This document shows, piece after piece, positions 25,600 to 39,700 of a stretch of DNA of 64,000 bases. Source of the DNA: Cirrosporium novae-zelandiae (lineage: Eukaryota). A program made the translations under genes and the position numbers. The notes under the pieces are model-generated. The model made no database searches and was not told the DNA's origin. It worked only from the letters and a program-made list of their open reading frames with translations. Position 1 is the stretch's first letter, and each line of letters begins with the position of its first letter. The stretch is taken from the NCBI GenBank assembly GCA_026023565.1, contig JAPETS010000012.1:248001-312000 (forward strand). Reading direction: 5' to 3'.

Positions 25600-27427
25600 T
25601 TACACATATTCAATCCGAGAAACATGCGCGGTCTTATCAGCAATACCTTCAGAATCCCGTTTCTCCTTCTCGCCCCCCATCTCCTCCACCTCGGTATTAA
25701 CCTTATCCAGCTCCTCTTCATCCATGCGAATATACTTCTCAGGCCGCCTAACGGAAGTCGCCTCCTTATCCCTAAAAACAAGTATCGGAAGTCCCTCCTG
25801 AAACATCCTATCCACATCCTCAAGCTTTCGGTTGGCCGTCTCCGGATAAAATAGATAGAGAATCGGCAAGGAAAACCAGTTCATAAAGACCCAGATCAAA
25901 TAGAATTTCCAGCGCAGGTTGTGGATACCTGTAGGGGTGATCTGTACGACCATGTAGTTGACGGCCCATTGGGCAGCGACGCTGGCGGAGGCCCCCTTCA
26001 TCCTCATGTGCAGAGAGTTGATTTCGGTATTGTAGAGCCAGGCGGTGCCTTGCCAGCCCATACCGAAGAAGGCGTAGTAGAGAAATATCATGGTGACGGA
26101 GGCGGCGCCATAACGGTAGGCTTCGTCGCCGGTACTATATTGATTAAATCGAATCAAGATAGCTAATGTGAGATAGCAAGCTGCGGAGCCGGTGGTGCCT
26201 AAAGATTATAGGTTAGTGTTGTTAGATGAAGGGGAATAAAATTTATAATATGTAATTAGAAGTTGAGTAGCATACCGAAAAGCATAGCGCCCCGTCGACC
26301 CCATTTATCAATCATCAACATCCCTGCAAATGAAAAGAACGTGTAAGGGATTCCGTTCACGGCTGTGAGCAAGCGTGCGAGCTTGTCCTCCATGCCCAGA
26401 GAGGAGGTCAGCACTATTGGAAGGTAGTACGAGGTGGCATTGATGCCGGAAAGTTGAACAATGATCTGAGTCCCAAGACCGAGCACAAATCGTCGCAAAG
26501 TGCCTGGCCCGCTTTTTTCTGTCTTGCCTCGTAGGAGATCCCACCATCCGAGCCCGAGTTCCTTTTCGGCGCGGTATAAGGTGAGGATGTCGTTTTTTTC
26601 CGCTACGACTGAGGGGGTCTCGGCAGTCGCACCATCCCCTTCAAGGTCCGCGAGGATCGTGGTGGCCTCTTCGAGGCGGTCGTTCGCTATCAGCCATCTA
26701 TAATAGTATTCGTTAGCTGCTGGAAGTGGGATTTAGCTCCATTAAAAGGAACCCCGACTCGCCTTGGAGACTCTGGTAGCCATGGAACGGTCGCTACAAT
26801 AATGATGCCAAAGAGAAGCTGGAGCGCGAGTGGGAACCGCCAGGCAATTCCTCCATCTAGATAAGAAAAGCCGAAGGTGACCCAATTCGACAAGCAGAAG
26901 CCAGCCACATTCAGCACCAGGCCAAGAACGACGAGCTTGCCTCTCCAGCTGGGTTTCGTAGTTTCGCTCTGCCATACGGGGGCCGTAGCCGTGTTCAAAC
27001 CGTTCCCGAGCCCCGCGACAAGGCGTCCTACAATCATGTGGGCTACACTGTAGGCGGAAATCTGAAGAATGGCTCCAATCATCATGACAACGGTTCCGAG
27101 GAGAATTGATTTCTTTCTGCCTAGGTGTGAGCCGCACCAGACTCCCATGACGGAGCCAAAGAAGCAGCCTACGTCGTAGAGCGAGGTGATGGTTCCCACG
27201 AGGTCGGAATTGGGGTTTCCCATAACTGTGAGAAAGTCCTCGGTGATGATGACACCGCCTATTAGGGGAGCAAGTAAGTTAGAACGAGAAGTAGCCTCTA
27301 GCGCGAACGAGATATACTTACTAAAGACACCTTGATCGTATCCAAACAATGTCATGGATGTGGTGCAGGCCACCGTTACCCAGAAGGTGAGCCATCCACC
27401 CCTACACCCGAAATATCGATCTTTCAT
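25600..27427 (-). CDS. MFS sugar porter family transporter (Stl1-like), multi-exon
   Basis: LFGYDQGVF, LGRKKSI, GRLVAGLGNGLNTATAPVWQSE, WRFPLALQ, LPESPR, QLSGINATSYY, DKWGRR, YNTEIN and PETANRKLE sugar-porter motifs. Confidence 0.93.
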
Positions 27428-27603
27428 GACGAATGCTTAGTTCTGTCTCGAAGTAACACTTCAGTGTATATGCTAGAGATCAAGCGAATCCAGGACAGTG
27501 GGGATTGCTGGTTGGAAGACTGGCTGATCTTGCAGGACTGTTTTGGGACAGCAAACAGCGACCTTTTTATATTGTTCGACTGTACCCATGGCCTCGGACT
27601 GCT

Positions 27604-27685
27604 CCCCGCGAAAATACCCCATACTACTTTGATCAGCAAGATGCTGTTGACATCTAGATGGAGCCAACCTAGTTAAGGTGCGGAG
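27604..27685. promoter_or_regulatory. Candidate CreA/Mig1 carbon-catabolite-repression sites upstream of the sugar transporter
   Basis: Two SYGGRG matches: GCGGGG on the minus strand at 27604-27609 with an AT-rich flank, and GCGGAG at 27680-27685. These are short motifs and could occur by chance. Confidence 0.35.
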
Positions 27686-28348
27686 TTGGGTGCTTGGTGG
27701 CCTGTCATTGCTAGTGTGAAGCAAAAGTGCAGTATGTATTATATCCATTGCCGTATCGTCACATTCTGTATCTGCTAATATCGGGTTGACGGGTAATTAT
27801 ACTAAACATTCTCGAAGTTCAAAACGCCGATAAACTGATCAAGCCTATTTTTAATAAGCATTATTATTGATGCTTTGTCAAAAATTGATAAAACAAACAT
27901 TATAATAATGTAATTAATTTTACTTAATAATTGATGTGATGTTAAAATTCTTAAAATATATTTCGGTGCTAACACATTACATCGGTTATTTTTCCTGTAG
28001 ATACGGTATTTGGCTAACATTAATACTGTATTACATGTATTCACAGTCGCCCACTTCTACTAGCGCAAATCCTCCGCGGCCCGTCTCTTCTCCGTCCGAA
28101 GTATGTCCGTCACCCTCCCACATAGAGCGGGCCATGTCAGTTCCCTGGCTGAGGGTGGATTGGGGTAAAGTTATGTGGAGAAAAGTAGAACAATAAAGAC
28201 TAAAGAAAAGTTTTTAGAGCTCGAACTGCTTTTCCAACTTCTCAACAACAAGATATATCGTTGATCCAAGAAAGAGCATCTGAGAAATGTGGTGTGAGAG
28301 CGGATAGGCTTTACTGGAGACATTCTCAGCGTATTGTTGCAAGCCAGA

Positions 28349-29165
28349 ATGGAAACGGAGGTAAAACGACTAGCAGAGAAAGTCTGGGGTAGGTCTCCTG
28401 GAGGCACTGGTTAAACTTTGTTTGAATTCGTTAACGAGACAGTACAGGAAGATATGAAGCAACCTCGCCATCGAAACGAATTTTGATCGCAATCTCAGGT
28501 ATTCCAGGCTCAGGTACTTAGATATTCCTGTAGCTGCACTGAACTTGAACCCCCGCCATTGACCGCCTACATCAGGGAAAAGTACGCTGGCCTCTAGAGC
28601 GGCGGAAGCGCTCAACAGCCTCTACCTAAACAAAAAAGGAGTCAGTGATGACACTTTCGCTGTTAACATCCCAATGGATGGATACCATTACACCCGGGCA
28701 CAGCTTGCGGCCATGCCCGATCCTCAAACAGCTATCTATAGGCGTGGTGCTGCTTTCACGTTCGACGCTGAGAACTTTTACAAGCTAGTGCAGAAACTCC
28801 GCGAGCCGTTGAACGCGGAAGGGAAGACGATATTCGCACCTAGTTTTGACCATGCTCTCAAGGACCCGGTGGCAGACAACATAAAAATTCATCAATCCAC
28901 ACACATAGTGTTCCTTGAAGGCAATTATCTGTCCCTGGACCGAGAGCCATGGAGGTCTGCAGCGCTGCTCATGGACGAGCTGTGGTTTGTTACTATTGAC
29001 AGAGAAATTGCTCGCCAGAGGCTGGCCAAGAGACATGTTATCAGTGGCATTGTTCCTAATCTGGAGGCGGCGCATCATCGTATCAAGACGACCGACTTCC
29101 TCAATGCAGATGATATCTTGCAGAATGGTCTGAAGGTGGACGAAGAGATTCGAGGAGATGTATAG
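28349..29165 (+). CDS. P-loop kinase, phosphoribulokinase/uridine/pantothenate kinase-like family (Yfh7/YggC-like)
   Basis: METEVKRLAEKVW|intron|...ILIAISGIPGS|intron|GKST (Walker A split by an intron), PMDGYH, RRGAAFTFD, APSFDHALKDP, LEGNYL, RLAKRH. Confidence 0.88.
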
Positions 29166-30199
29166 TTTCGTTAATTTTCATAGAACTTGATCGATTATTA
29201 GGCTATTGAACCATAACCCAGCTATAACACACGAAAAACTATTATATCCATTACCATCCTCAGGGCTTAGTACTCATACTCGTACGTGGTAGGCAGGGAT
29301 CATTAATAAAAATTATAACCCCAGCACTTGGTAACGTGCTACTTGCTTGACCACCAATAAACCCACCTCTACACTTAGGCGATGTGCGGGAGAGAGCCGG
29401 GGGGAGAGTTCAATTGAATTATTTGATCGCCTAGCTTAGTTCCTGGGGATCCCAAGTGGAGATCTCCACACAGGTGATTGATAGCTAGAGATATGGAACT
29501 AGGTGAGTGCAGGTGGATATATTTCAAAGATGCCTGGATCATCGCGTGGATAGGTGAAGTAAAGCACGAGATAAACCGGCTGCTAGATAGGATGATATTC
29601 CTGATGGACATTAATATATATAATCATCTGACTTTCATATCTGGAAGTCAGCGTCATTTTGGCTTAAGAATTGTTGGAATCAATTAATCCGGGCCGGCTG
29701 TCGTCCGACCTTGTTCTGCACCCCCACAAATCGATCAGCGGTGCCCTTGGTCTACGGGCCGTCTATTTCCCGACTCTCGGCCTATTTGAGTTAGTAAATT
29801 CAGTAAGGTACGGTGAGGTGTGGGTGCCTTGCTTTTGTAGTTTTCCGGGTTATTTTGTGACCGTGGGGTAACAACTTATCAAATGCAGGGCCGTTTCAAC
29901 CCCTAGATTCCCCCCCCCATATTTCCATATTTCCTCATCTTCATCCTGCTCCACAAACTTAGATGGATGGTGTTACTTTGTTAGAACCACATCCAAGTTC
30001 TTGGGATTTCCTCCAGTTTGCCATTATAATAATCCTATTATAATAATCCTATTATATGGTCCCACTGTACGGCCAACCCCGCTTTGAGGTTATCTTCGCT
30101 TAATAGATGGCCCGATGGCCTTTGCTGTTGTCTATCAGCCGACGGGGGAAATTCGATTTCCTTCAGCTATGATGATTCAAACCGCTAATCGCTGAGAAC

Positions 30200-32822
30200 A
30201 TGTCCACTCCAGAATCCGTTCGCAGGAATAGTACTGTGTATATTCCTCTTTCGCCACCATCCAATCCTTACTGACTTTCCTAATATAGCTGTCTCGTGTG
30301 TCGCCAGCGAAAGGTAGCTTGTGACCGTCAGCATCCGAAATGCGGTCTTTGTTTAAGGAACAACTTTGAATGTCAATATGTGTCACGGCAACGGCGTCCT
30401 GGGCTTCGTGCTGGGTTTGTCTCTCATCTAGAGCAGCGCTTAGGTTGATTCTCATTCTGTGGAACATGTCTTCCTCCTACTGATCTTATTAGGTGATCTG
30501 GAAGCGAGAGTGAGAGAGCTTGAGCTGGGGAATAGCTCTAACAATAGTACTTCTTGCATATCTCTACTATACATATTGTCATTTCTAAATTATACAGATG
30601 CTACCTCGGGAGAAGACCCGGGGCTCCTCCGCAGCACCCCTCCCGCCGATCTAACTCAACAGGTTACGGATATATCCTCGTCTCATTACCCTACTGATCC
30701 CTCCCACCACTCTAACGAATCGGAGCAGCATGATACTCTTAACACGACCCCAAACAGCATGGAAGCGACACCCGAAGACCCTGTCGTGTTCGACCCTCTA
30801 TCTTCTACAGTTATATCGGAGCTCTGTGGTGCTTGGTTTAAGGTCTACCACCCATGGTTTCCAATCCTGCACCAGCCATCGATGCGTGAAGCCCTTGAAA
30901 CGTCGCCAAACATAGAATATTCTAGTCGTTACCTAGTTATCAAAGCAATTGTGGCAGTTACTATTCACCATTGCCAGTCCTGTCCCTCAACCGCAGAACA
31001 GCGGCAACAATGGTCAGCTACGCTGAGGAATACCGTGGTGATGGAGAGTATGAGTCAAGTCTCTCTTCAGTCGGTACAGGCATTGTTAATACTGTCAAAT
31101 TTGGATTATGGTGAAGGCAACACAAGCCGGTTCTGGAACTTACTGGCACTTTGTAAGAGGTATGACTGACTTTTTCCTTCCCTTCAGTGCTGTCTGCTGG
31201 ATTGATTTCTAAGGCTCTGGTGGAAGCCCGAGGGAGGGTCGCATGTTTAAAGGTGCAGTCGCTTAAAAATGAAATGAAAGCGACCAAATATAGCAAAATG
31301 ACCTTGGGGAGGCCTTCAAACAAAATCAAATTTTAATAAAATTTCGATTTGAAGGCCTCCCTAAAGGCTAAAGGGCAATAATCAATTGCGGATATGTAAA
31401 AACTGATTTTGTTTGAAGGCCTCTCCAAGGTCACTTCTCTGGGTCGGGTCGCTTTCATTTTTATTTTTATCGAATGGTATATTAATGCTCCATCCATCAA
31501 ACATGCGAACCACCTTTGGCCTCCGTTCCTTCGGGTAGCTACAAAAGGTGTTTTCTCTGACAGGAATTAGGATGAATACGCATTTAGGCTTGTGTGAACT
31601 CGCCACCAACCAAGGAAGCAATATCAATCACACCTCTACCGTCCCACCACGCATGCTTCCTTTGCCAAACACCATCATCGATCGAGAGGAGCGAGTTCGA
31701 GCTTACTGGATGACAGAGGTGCTCGATAGTATGTCTACCATTGGTGCAGGCTGGAATCTAGGCATATTATCTCCCACGCCCAATTCCGTCTTGCCGTGTA
31801 GCGATTCGCTCTGGGCGTTTCCTGAGCACATCATTAACGTATGGTCCTTCGGTCATTTTAAGTATTCCTCAGCATTCTCTCTATGCATCATACTGGTTGC
31901 AAATGAGTTCTGGTCTGTACATAATTTCCTCCAAAAGTCATTCGACATGAGCATATCCGAGGAAAGACTCCAATGGCAAAGCGAGGCGCAACGAATCGAC
32001 GAACGGCTTACAAACTGGCGCGAGGAGTTTGTGGCTGCCGTGTTTCGTTTAATTAATGCAGAATTTGCACAGGAAGAGCGAGCGGAAATGGATCCTAACA
32101 TCGTACTTACAAATTGTATCTTGAACTCGTAAGTGACTAGCCGAGTCGCACGCCATTTAAGCTTTTCTAAGAAAGATTCGTTACCAGAGCAATCATCGTG
32201 CTCTTCCAGCAACGAGCTCCTTATCCTGAGGAGGTCGAATGTACCGTGGAACCCGTGAGACCTATCCGCTGTTCCCAGGCAGGACAAAGGCTAACCCTCA
32301 CATTAGTGGGCCTACGCCACAAACAGATGCGTCTACGCATGTGAAAACATAGCCGCCAAAGTCCGCCGAGTCCACGACGATGAACTGCTCATCAGCAATC
32401 CCCATCTCATACTCTCCATCTTCATCGCAGCACGTTTCTATATTGGTATATATACATTCCCAATCACAAACTACAAATCTCCCCCTCCCCCTAAAGCTAC
32501 TTGACTAAAGCCCATCTAATCTATCCACAAAACTACAGTCTACGCAAAAACCCTCAATGCTGACGTCCCGAGCAACCTGCACTCACTAGCCTACGCCCTA
32601 CATATCTGCGGCAAGCGGTGGCCACTAGCGCGGCGATACGAAACTGTCATACGCACGGCGGTGGTGGAGCATAGGGCCTCGGTATTGATGTCGTCGTTGC
32701 CGTTGCAGTTTTACGATTTGAGGTACTCGACACTGAATATCGACGATGCGCTGCGGGTTTGGGTTGAGAATCTCTTGCCGGACCTAGCATTGGGGGAATC
32801 GGCTGCTGTTGAATCTGCTTAG
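30200..32822 (+). CDS. Zn(II)2Cys6 transcription factor with fungal-specific middle homology region (multi-exon)
   Basis: SCLVCRQRKVACDRQHPKCGLCLRNNFEC at ~30288-30372; WFKVYHPWFPILH, SVQALLIL and EERVRAYW motifs; stop TAG 32820-32822. Confidence 0.88.
31227..31535. repeat. Long imperfect inverted repeat (MITE-like / hairpin) inside the 411-nt intron 31160-31570
   Basis: 31299-31328 TGACCTTGGGGAGGCCTTCAAACAAAATCA matches the reverse complement of 31404-31433 at 29/30. Outer arms AAATGAAAGCGACC/GGTCGCTTTCATTT and TCGCATGTTT/AAACATGCGA also pair. Confidence 0.85.
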
Positions 32823-33728
32823 TGATGGTTTAGTTAGAAGGAAGGGAGAAAAGTTAGAGGTATGATGATTATTGCTTGTATGTATGTATGTATGCATGTA
32901 TGATATACCCATTTTGTCTGAAAAAAAGAAAAAGCAAATAGTCTAGTCAAAGGTGAATTGAAATATTACTAGTAACCTTAGACCTTTGTAATAAATAACA
33001 CTAATATTCCGATTTACTCAAAACATATTCCCAGCTCTAGGTAGGGAGGTTCATCGTGGTCTAGTTAATGTGTCGAGGACGCCACCATTAAAGCACAATA
33101 ACCAAGTTGTATAACGTAGCTGTTGCACGTTCAGGAGGGGGGGGGGGGATTTCGATAATAAGCAAAACAAAAATAGAATATAAAATTGTGGCTGTTGGAT
33201 TAATGATGTACGAACTCTACGTTTGGTAGAGCTCATAGCTATCTACCTAGGTATATGGGAGGAAAATATTTGTAGCAAACAAAGTTAATGAATGTTGAGC
33301 AGTTTCCTCAACAATCAAAGCCAATACCTATTAATGCCTCAGGCTATAAAATGACGAGTAGAATGCACCATAGCTCCCGGGCATCGAGATCCTTCCTAAC
33401 AAGAACATTGAATCAAATTATAACAGTAGAATTCTTTTTTAATTATTGAGCGGCTATATAATTAGCAACACTCTTTGTAGGCGCTACCACCCATATTTAT
33501 CTATATGTGTATAGTGCACATGACAGCACCGAGCTTGGTGTCTAACGCTTTTGCGACTAGGACATCAAGAACAAAACTTCTTTTGAGCAAACACAACAAT
33601 ACACAAAGTTTAACCCCTATGAGAACTCCAGGATGACTCTATGACGCAAAAACAGAGAATCCCTCCCAAGAATCTTCGTATTACCGTAAGCTGGCCTCTT
33701 CCCATTTTCTATATTTTGTTTTCGAGCT

Positions 33729-36700
33729 CTAAGCTGCCTTTGCGGCACCGGCTGCGTTGGCTGCTGCGGCACCACCTTCTACATACTTCTCCCAGTTAGC
33801 CAACACGTGACCAATTTTTGGACTGTTGGTGAGTCTGTAAACATCCTCGAAATATTCCTTTGTCAATTGAAATGGTTTAGCAGTGACGTTGGGAATATAC
33901 TTCCCAATAAGCCTACTTGGGTCAATACTCGTTTTGTTAATCTTCTTGAGCAAAAAGCTACGGAATGGCTTGACACCAGACCGCAAGAAGGTGGAATGGA
34001 ATGGCACATCAATACCTCGGAGAGGAATGGTGGCAAATCCACGCTCAAGCTGGAGAGGCTTGGGCTTGGCTTCAGTTTGTTTGGCGCACTCCTTGATGAT
34101 TTGAACGAGGTGGGTTTTGACGTCTTCAAGAGACATGGTTTGCATGAGGGCTTGGATATCAATTTTTTGGACTTTAAGGTAATTGAGAACGTTGGCAAGG
34201 CAGTCAAGCGCTCGAAGCTGAGAAATATATTAGTACATGTTGAAAAATTAGGCCTGTCTAATAACTTACATCCCCTGCACAAACGTATTGCATGTTTGCA
34301 ATGTTGTAATTTACAATCTCTATGAGCCAGTTGGTATTCTCAGAGATATTTTCGACGACATATTGTAGAGCCTGTTCGGTCATGGTCTTGTTGATACGGC
34401 TTGGGTTGACAGCACACATAGAGTAATTGGAGCGACCTTGTTCGTCACGTTCTACAGCGACTTGCATTGTCAATCCACGGTAGAATACGACAGACACTAA
34501 ACTCTCGATGGGCATGACCTCTGCGAGAGCGGCAAGAGCAGAGTATTCACCCAAAGAATGACCTGCAAAACTGCTGTCACGTTGGATCAAACCCTTAGAG
34601 CGCATATCTTCATAACTAGCCTTTTCCATGAGGGTCAAAGCAGGTTGTGTGAATTGAGTTGCAGACAGCAGACCAGCTGGAGATCGATAAGTGTATGAGG
34701 TAGTATTCTCGTCAATATTCTTGAAGATTTTCTCTGACTTGATAGTACCGTCAGCGTTGACAGACTCAAAGGTCATGGCCATGTAATTGCGTCGAATAGC
34801 CTTGCCGCGAGGACCACCAAAATGGATCGTAAGCTCTCTGGGGTTATTCTTAACAATGTTGGTAATAGCAAAGCCGTAGTTGTCCATGAAGTGCCTGTCG
34901 GCTTTGTCCCAGACGTCCCTTGCGACCGGGCTGCTGGCATATAACTCCATACCCATACCTTGCTCCTGAGAACCTTGGCCAGTGAAAACATAAGATGTGA
35001 CGGGTTGCTCGACCTCGGCCTCACCAAGGAGAACCTTCTCTTCGGTCTCGGCATTGATCGCCTCAACAGTAATGATCTTACGACCAGCAACCATACCGAC
35101 ATGCTGGAGGTTGACCGTAATATCATCGTTAGGCAAGACCATTCCAACAAGATCGGCACGGAAGCTTCGGACACGACCGATATCGTTTTCAGCCGCCCAT
35201 GTCTCAACAAACTTTCTCACAGCGGCGCTTGAGAACATGCCATGGGTGATTGTGCCGGGAAGATTTGCATAGCTAGAAAACACTCTAGAGACGTGAATAG
35301 GGTTATAGTCACCAGAGACACGAGCATAAGTCTCGTTTGTTGCAGGCGCTCTCACTGACAATGGAGTTTTGCCATTGAGAGGAATTGGATTTTCAAAGTT
35401 AACAGGCTGTTCAATAGAAGACCCGTTTCTCTGAAGGTAGTCGATGACTGGGTTGCCATGAGATTCGGCAGCAGTATAATCAACTGACGCAACTTGAATA
35501 ATTTCCTTGGTAGACAATTCTAGGAGAACCTGACCAAAGGTTTGAACCCTGCTGAAGGTCGTCTTGTCCTTGAATTCGACATTAGTTTGCAGACGGAAGA
35601 TCAAAGTCTGGTCTAGAAGATCTGTGCTGGGCTCATCGAGGATGAACCATTCCTTGGACTTGAGTACTGCAACATCCTTTGACGAAGAAAGATGAACCTG
35701 CATTGGCGTCTCATGTTTACGCTGAAAGGTATTCTCAAAGTCGGTGTATGTGCCACGGTACAAAAACTGGCTAGTAACTTCCATAATAGGCTTATTGTCA
35801 CGTCTAATCGTCCCACAGACTTCAACCATCTTGCCAGAATCCTGATTGACAATGGCATTTATTTGAGCAGATGTATCCAAAACATCGCCCTTTTTGAAAG
35901 GGGAAGCACCGGGAACCATCCTGAAGCCATTGGAGAGATGCACAAGTTGTAGTAGGTCGCCGTCAATAGCCCTTGGGAAGATGGGCTTGGTAATAGCCTT
36001 CCAGCCAACAACAATCGCAAAGTCCATGGGTGCAAAGACTTCCTTATCTGACCGATCGACGAAAGCTTCGCCAGTGTTGTTCACAGCATATACGAAGTCA
36101 GCAATAGCTTGACTCGACACAACAGCACTGCCACCCTCGAAAGTACTTGTGATGGGAACGTCGAAGGGGACAGTCTTCTCGCCGAACCAAACGCGGTAAT
36201 AAAATTCCTTAATTCGATCATTCCGGTCTTCCATAACTTCACGGATGGGCGCATAACCAGTCTCCGGGTGATACGTGAACTTCAAGGGCAAACCAACCGG
36301 CCCACCTTCTGCTGTTCTATATTCTATCATCATAACGGTTATTTCATTCTTTCCCGTGAGACGGATATCAATAGTCTGATGCATCTTGCCAGCCCTTGAA
36401 GGTTCCTTGACCGAAATAATACACTGATTTGATTCATGAGGATTCGTAATTTCGACGAGCATTCCCTTTGTTGGCTTAAGGACACGCTTCATAGGATTGG
36501 ACTGAAATCTTTGGCCTTGAACATATACGTCCGCAGTGAATAGCGCATGTCTCCAAGAATGTTTCTTACCAGCAAGAAGTTGAAGCCAATCATCGACGGC
36601 AGGTAAAGTCGTGTTTGGCGCGTTTGAAAGGCGATAGGACATTTTGTTACCTTCTTCAAATCCCGTCAAGCCATCCATCTCTAGATCCTCATCGACATCT

Positions 36701-39700
36701 AGAGTCAATTTGCCACCAAAGTATTCAACAGTGGGAATGGCGAACTCCTTTCCATCGTATAAATCACGCGTAAGGTATTCGATGTGGCTGCCGTGAATGC
36801 CATCCAAGATGGATTTGATAGGCTCATCGATGGTCTTGGAGTATTTGGCGGCTGTCGGGCCTTGAAGAATGCAGGTTCGTCCAACATCCTGGCCGACAAC
36901 AGACTCAAGATCTTCAGATTGCCAGAGAGAATCCTTTTTGAACCAGTATTCAAAGTTCTCATCGAGAGAGGGTACGAAGGGAACAGGTTTCTGGCCTCGC
37001 TTTTGACATAGAAGAAGGAAGTATTGAACGTCTTGGGCTGATATTAACTGTGATTCGGCTTCGGGATAGGCATTCAAGAGTTTCTCGATCTCTGGAAAAG
37101 GATCGTCTAACTGAGAGGGCTTCTGAATCATGGCCAGTTTGGACCCAGTGATAAAACGCTCCTCCAAGCGATGGATGAAATCCGCAGTGAGTTTCTTAAG
37201 GGTTGGGTCTATCCATCGCTTTTGATCCTTCACATACATGAGCTCAACCATCCGCCGAATAACTTCCCCATAGGTCATATCTTCGAGGTCTACACTCTCG
37301 CCAGCGGAGTTACGACCGAACCAGACTTTCTGGAAGTCGTCATTCAATTTCTTGATGATATACTCGCGCTGCTTTCGCAGTTCCGGGATACGCTTGGTTT
37401 TATCAAGGTTGAAGATCTTCTTATCCATCTCGGCCCAGAATTTGACACCACGAGTAGCCAATTTGTGGATTGGCTCACCCATCTCAGACCGAACAGTAAT
37501 GACCCCTCCAGCAGGTCCTTTGTAGGTTTTCTCCCACTCACTGTCGTCGACACCTTCGGCTTCAACGATCGCCTTTTTAGCATCCTTTGACGTGTGAGCT
37601 TCCTTGGCGGTCATCATACGGCTACCAAACAAGCATCCGTCAAAAGGCATCGGGGGATACCCAAATCGACCAGACCATTTACCAGTCAGATAAGGATATG
37701 TGTCTTCAGCACCTCCAAAACCACTTCCAGCGACCAGGACTATATTATCGCATCTTCGAATCCTACCATACATTTGAAGAATCGGCTGATGGAAGTCCTC
37801 AAAAGAGTGATGGCCTCCACCACGACCGCCAGTCCATTGAAGGATGACGGGGAATCCAGGATTAGCCTTGGCAATATTGATGACTTGCTGAATGGCATCC
37901 ATGGACCCTGGCTTGAATGAAATATGTTTGATGCCAAGAGTTTCAATGTATTCGTTCGCAACCTCAATTGATGGGACCCCAGCGCCAATAGTTAAACCTT
38001 CAATTGGTACACCTTTTGCACGTAGTTCGCCAATAAGAGGGATTTGCCATGCCATGGCATGAGGATTGACATAAATCAAGTTGACCGAAATTCCACGACC
38101 GGGAGGAATGGCCACCTCAATTTTGCGTAAAGCTTCTGTCATCATCCCTGGCTCGTAGTACCCACCACCTGCAAGTTCAATGTGATATCCTGCATTCATG
38201 GTAGCTGCAACAAAGTCCCAGGGAACAGTGCAAGGAGTCATGCCGGCTACCATGATAGGTGGTACTCCGAGAAGCCTACTTAGCCTGGTATCAACAAAGG
38301 TTTGCCCAGCTGAATCCTTGATCAACTTTGGACCATGCTCCTTCACCCAGTCAACAGAGTACTTAACAGCATGTTCTTCATCGCGGTCGAATAATTCGGG
38401 CTTGTAGCCGACTTCCGTATTCGTTCCATCTATTGTCCCAGCGAGTATTACGCGAACACCTGTGCCATCTTTGTTGCGGTTGGTTAAAACACCTAACCCC
38501 GAAATACCTCCCGGGCCAAAATCGAGGACATGTGTTGCATTAGGGAACTCGGTTGCTTGTTCCCAATGTACAAGATCATGTGTAATCATGCGCACGAGAT
38601 CAGGAACCACATTGTCTTTCCCCGAATCTCTGATGTCTTTGCCGGTGTTGGTATCATAAACGGGAACGAGAAGATCTTTAGCCGCGATCTTCATATCGCC
38701 CAGATCTTCAATAACGTGGGTATAAGCAGGTTGGAGATAAGGGCTGTGGAATGGTGCTGTGATAGGGAGGAAACGATTCACAAAGCGTACTTTACGTTCT
38801 GTGAAAGGAATACGGTTCTGGTCGAGCCCAGTAGGCGCCTTGACCTTGCGGAGGCGCTGATTTAAACCATATAGAGAAAGGGGAGGGCCAGTAACGACGA
38901 AGTTCCGTGCACTGTTGTGAAGAGAAATGGCAATATGTCTTCCCTCGGGAAGATGCTGGTTTGTGGCATCAATATGTTCGTTAACAGCCTTAACCGACAA
39001 GTCACGGATGGAAAGCATTGGTGTTGGCACCCCTTCGCCATGTTCTAATGAATCTTGAAGAATGACGGGGGCAATAGAGGTTTTTGGATATGCTTGCTGG
39101 CTTCGTGAGCCGATCCAGAAAAGCATTGTGAGTGCTTTTCGAGAGGCTTTTTCGAAAGACTCCCAAGAGTCTGCTGTTGCGATAGCAGCTGCCGTTACGA
39201 TCCCTTGAGAGTGTCCAGTAGTTCCCCTAAAACCTTCAGTGACATCTCCCGGGGTTTGCCCAAGAGTTCTACATGCCACGGCATAATGTGCCAGTTGAAC
39301 CAATCCGATCAGGGGAAGACTGACAGGAGCTGAGATGAGGTATTCGGTATCAGGCTGGGCATCTCTGTCGTTGAGCCATCCCATCACATCTAGACCATGA
39401 GGATAGAGCTTCTCCGCTCGAGGATCTTGCGAGAGAGACTGAAGCAAGTCGGCTGAATCTTGGATAAGATCTTCGACGAAGGAGGTATAGGTGGTATAAA
39501 CTTCCCGCAATTCATCAAAATACTCTTCGATATTCCCTTGACCACCATAAATAGTGTAGATTTTGGCGTCTCCATCTCTGGCCGCCCGAAGAAGAGCAGA
39601 ATCGTACGGTCTCAACGGCCGTCCTACCGCTGCTCGTCCAGCAATGTAGGATTGCACAACTACCAACTTCTTTGCCGGTATTCCAGGCAAATTGGCAGCA

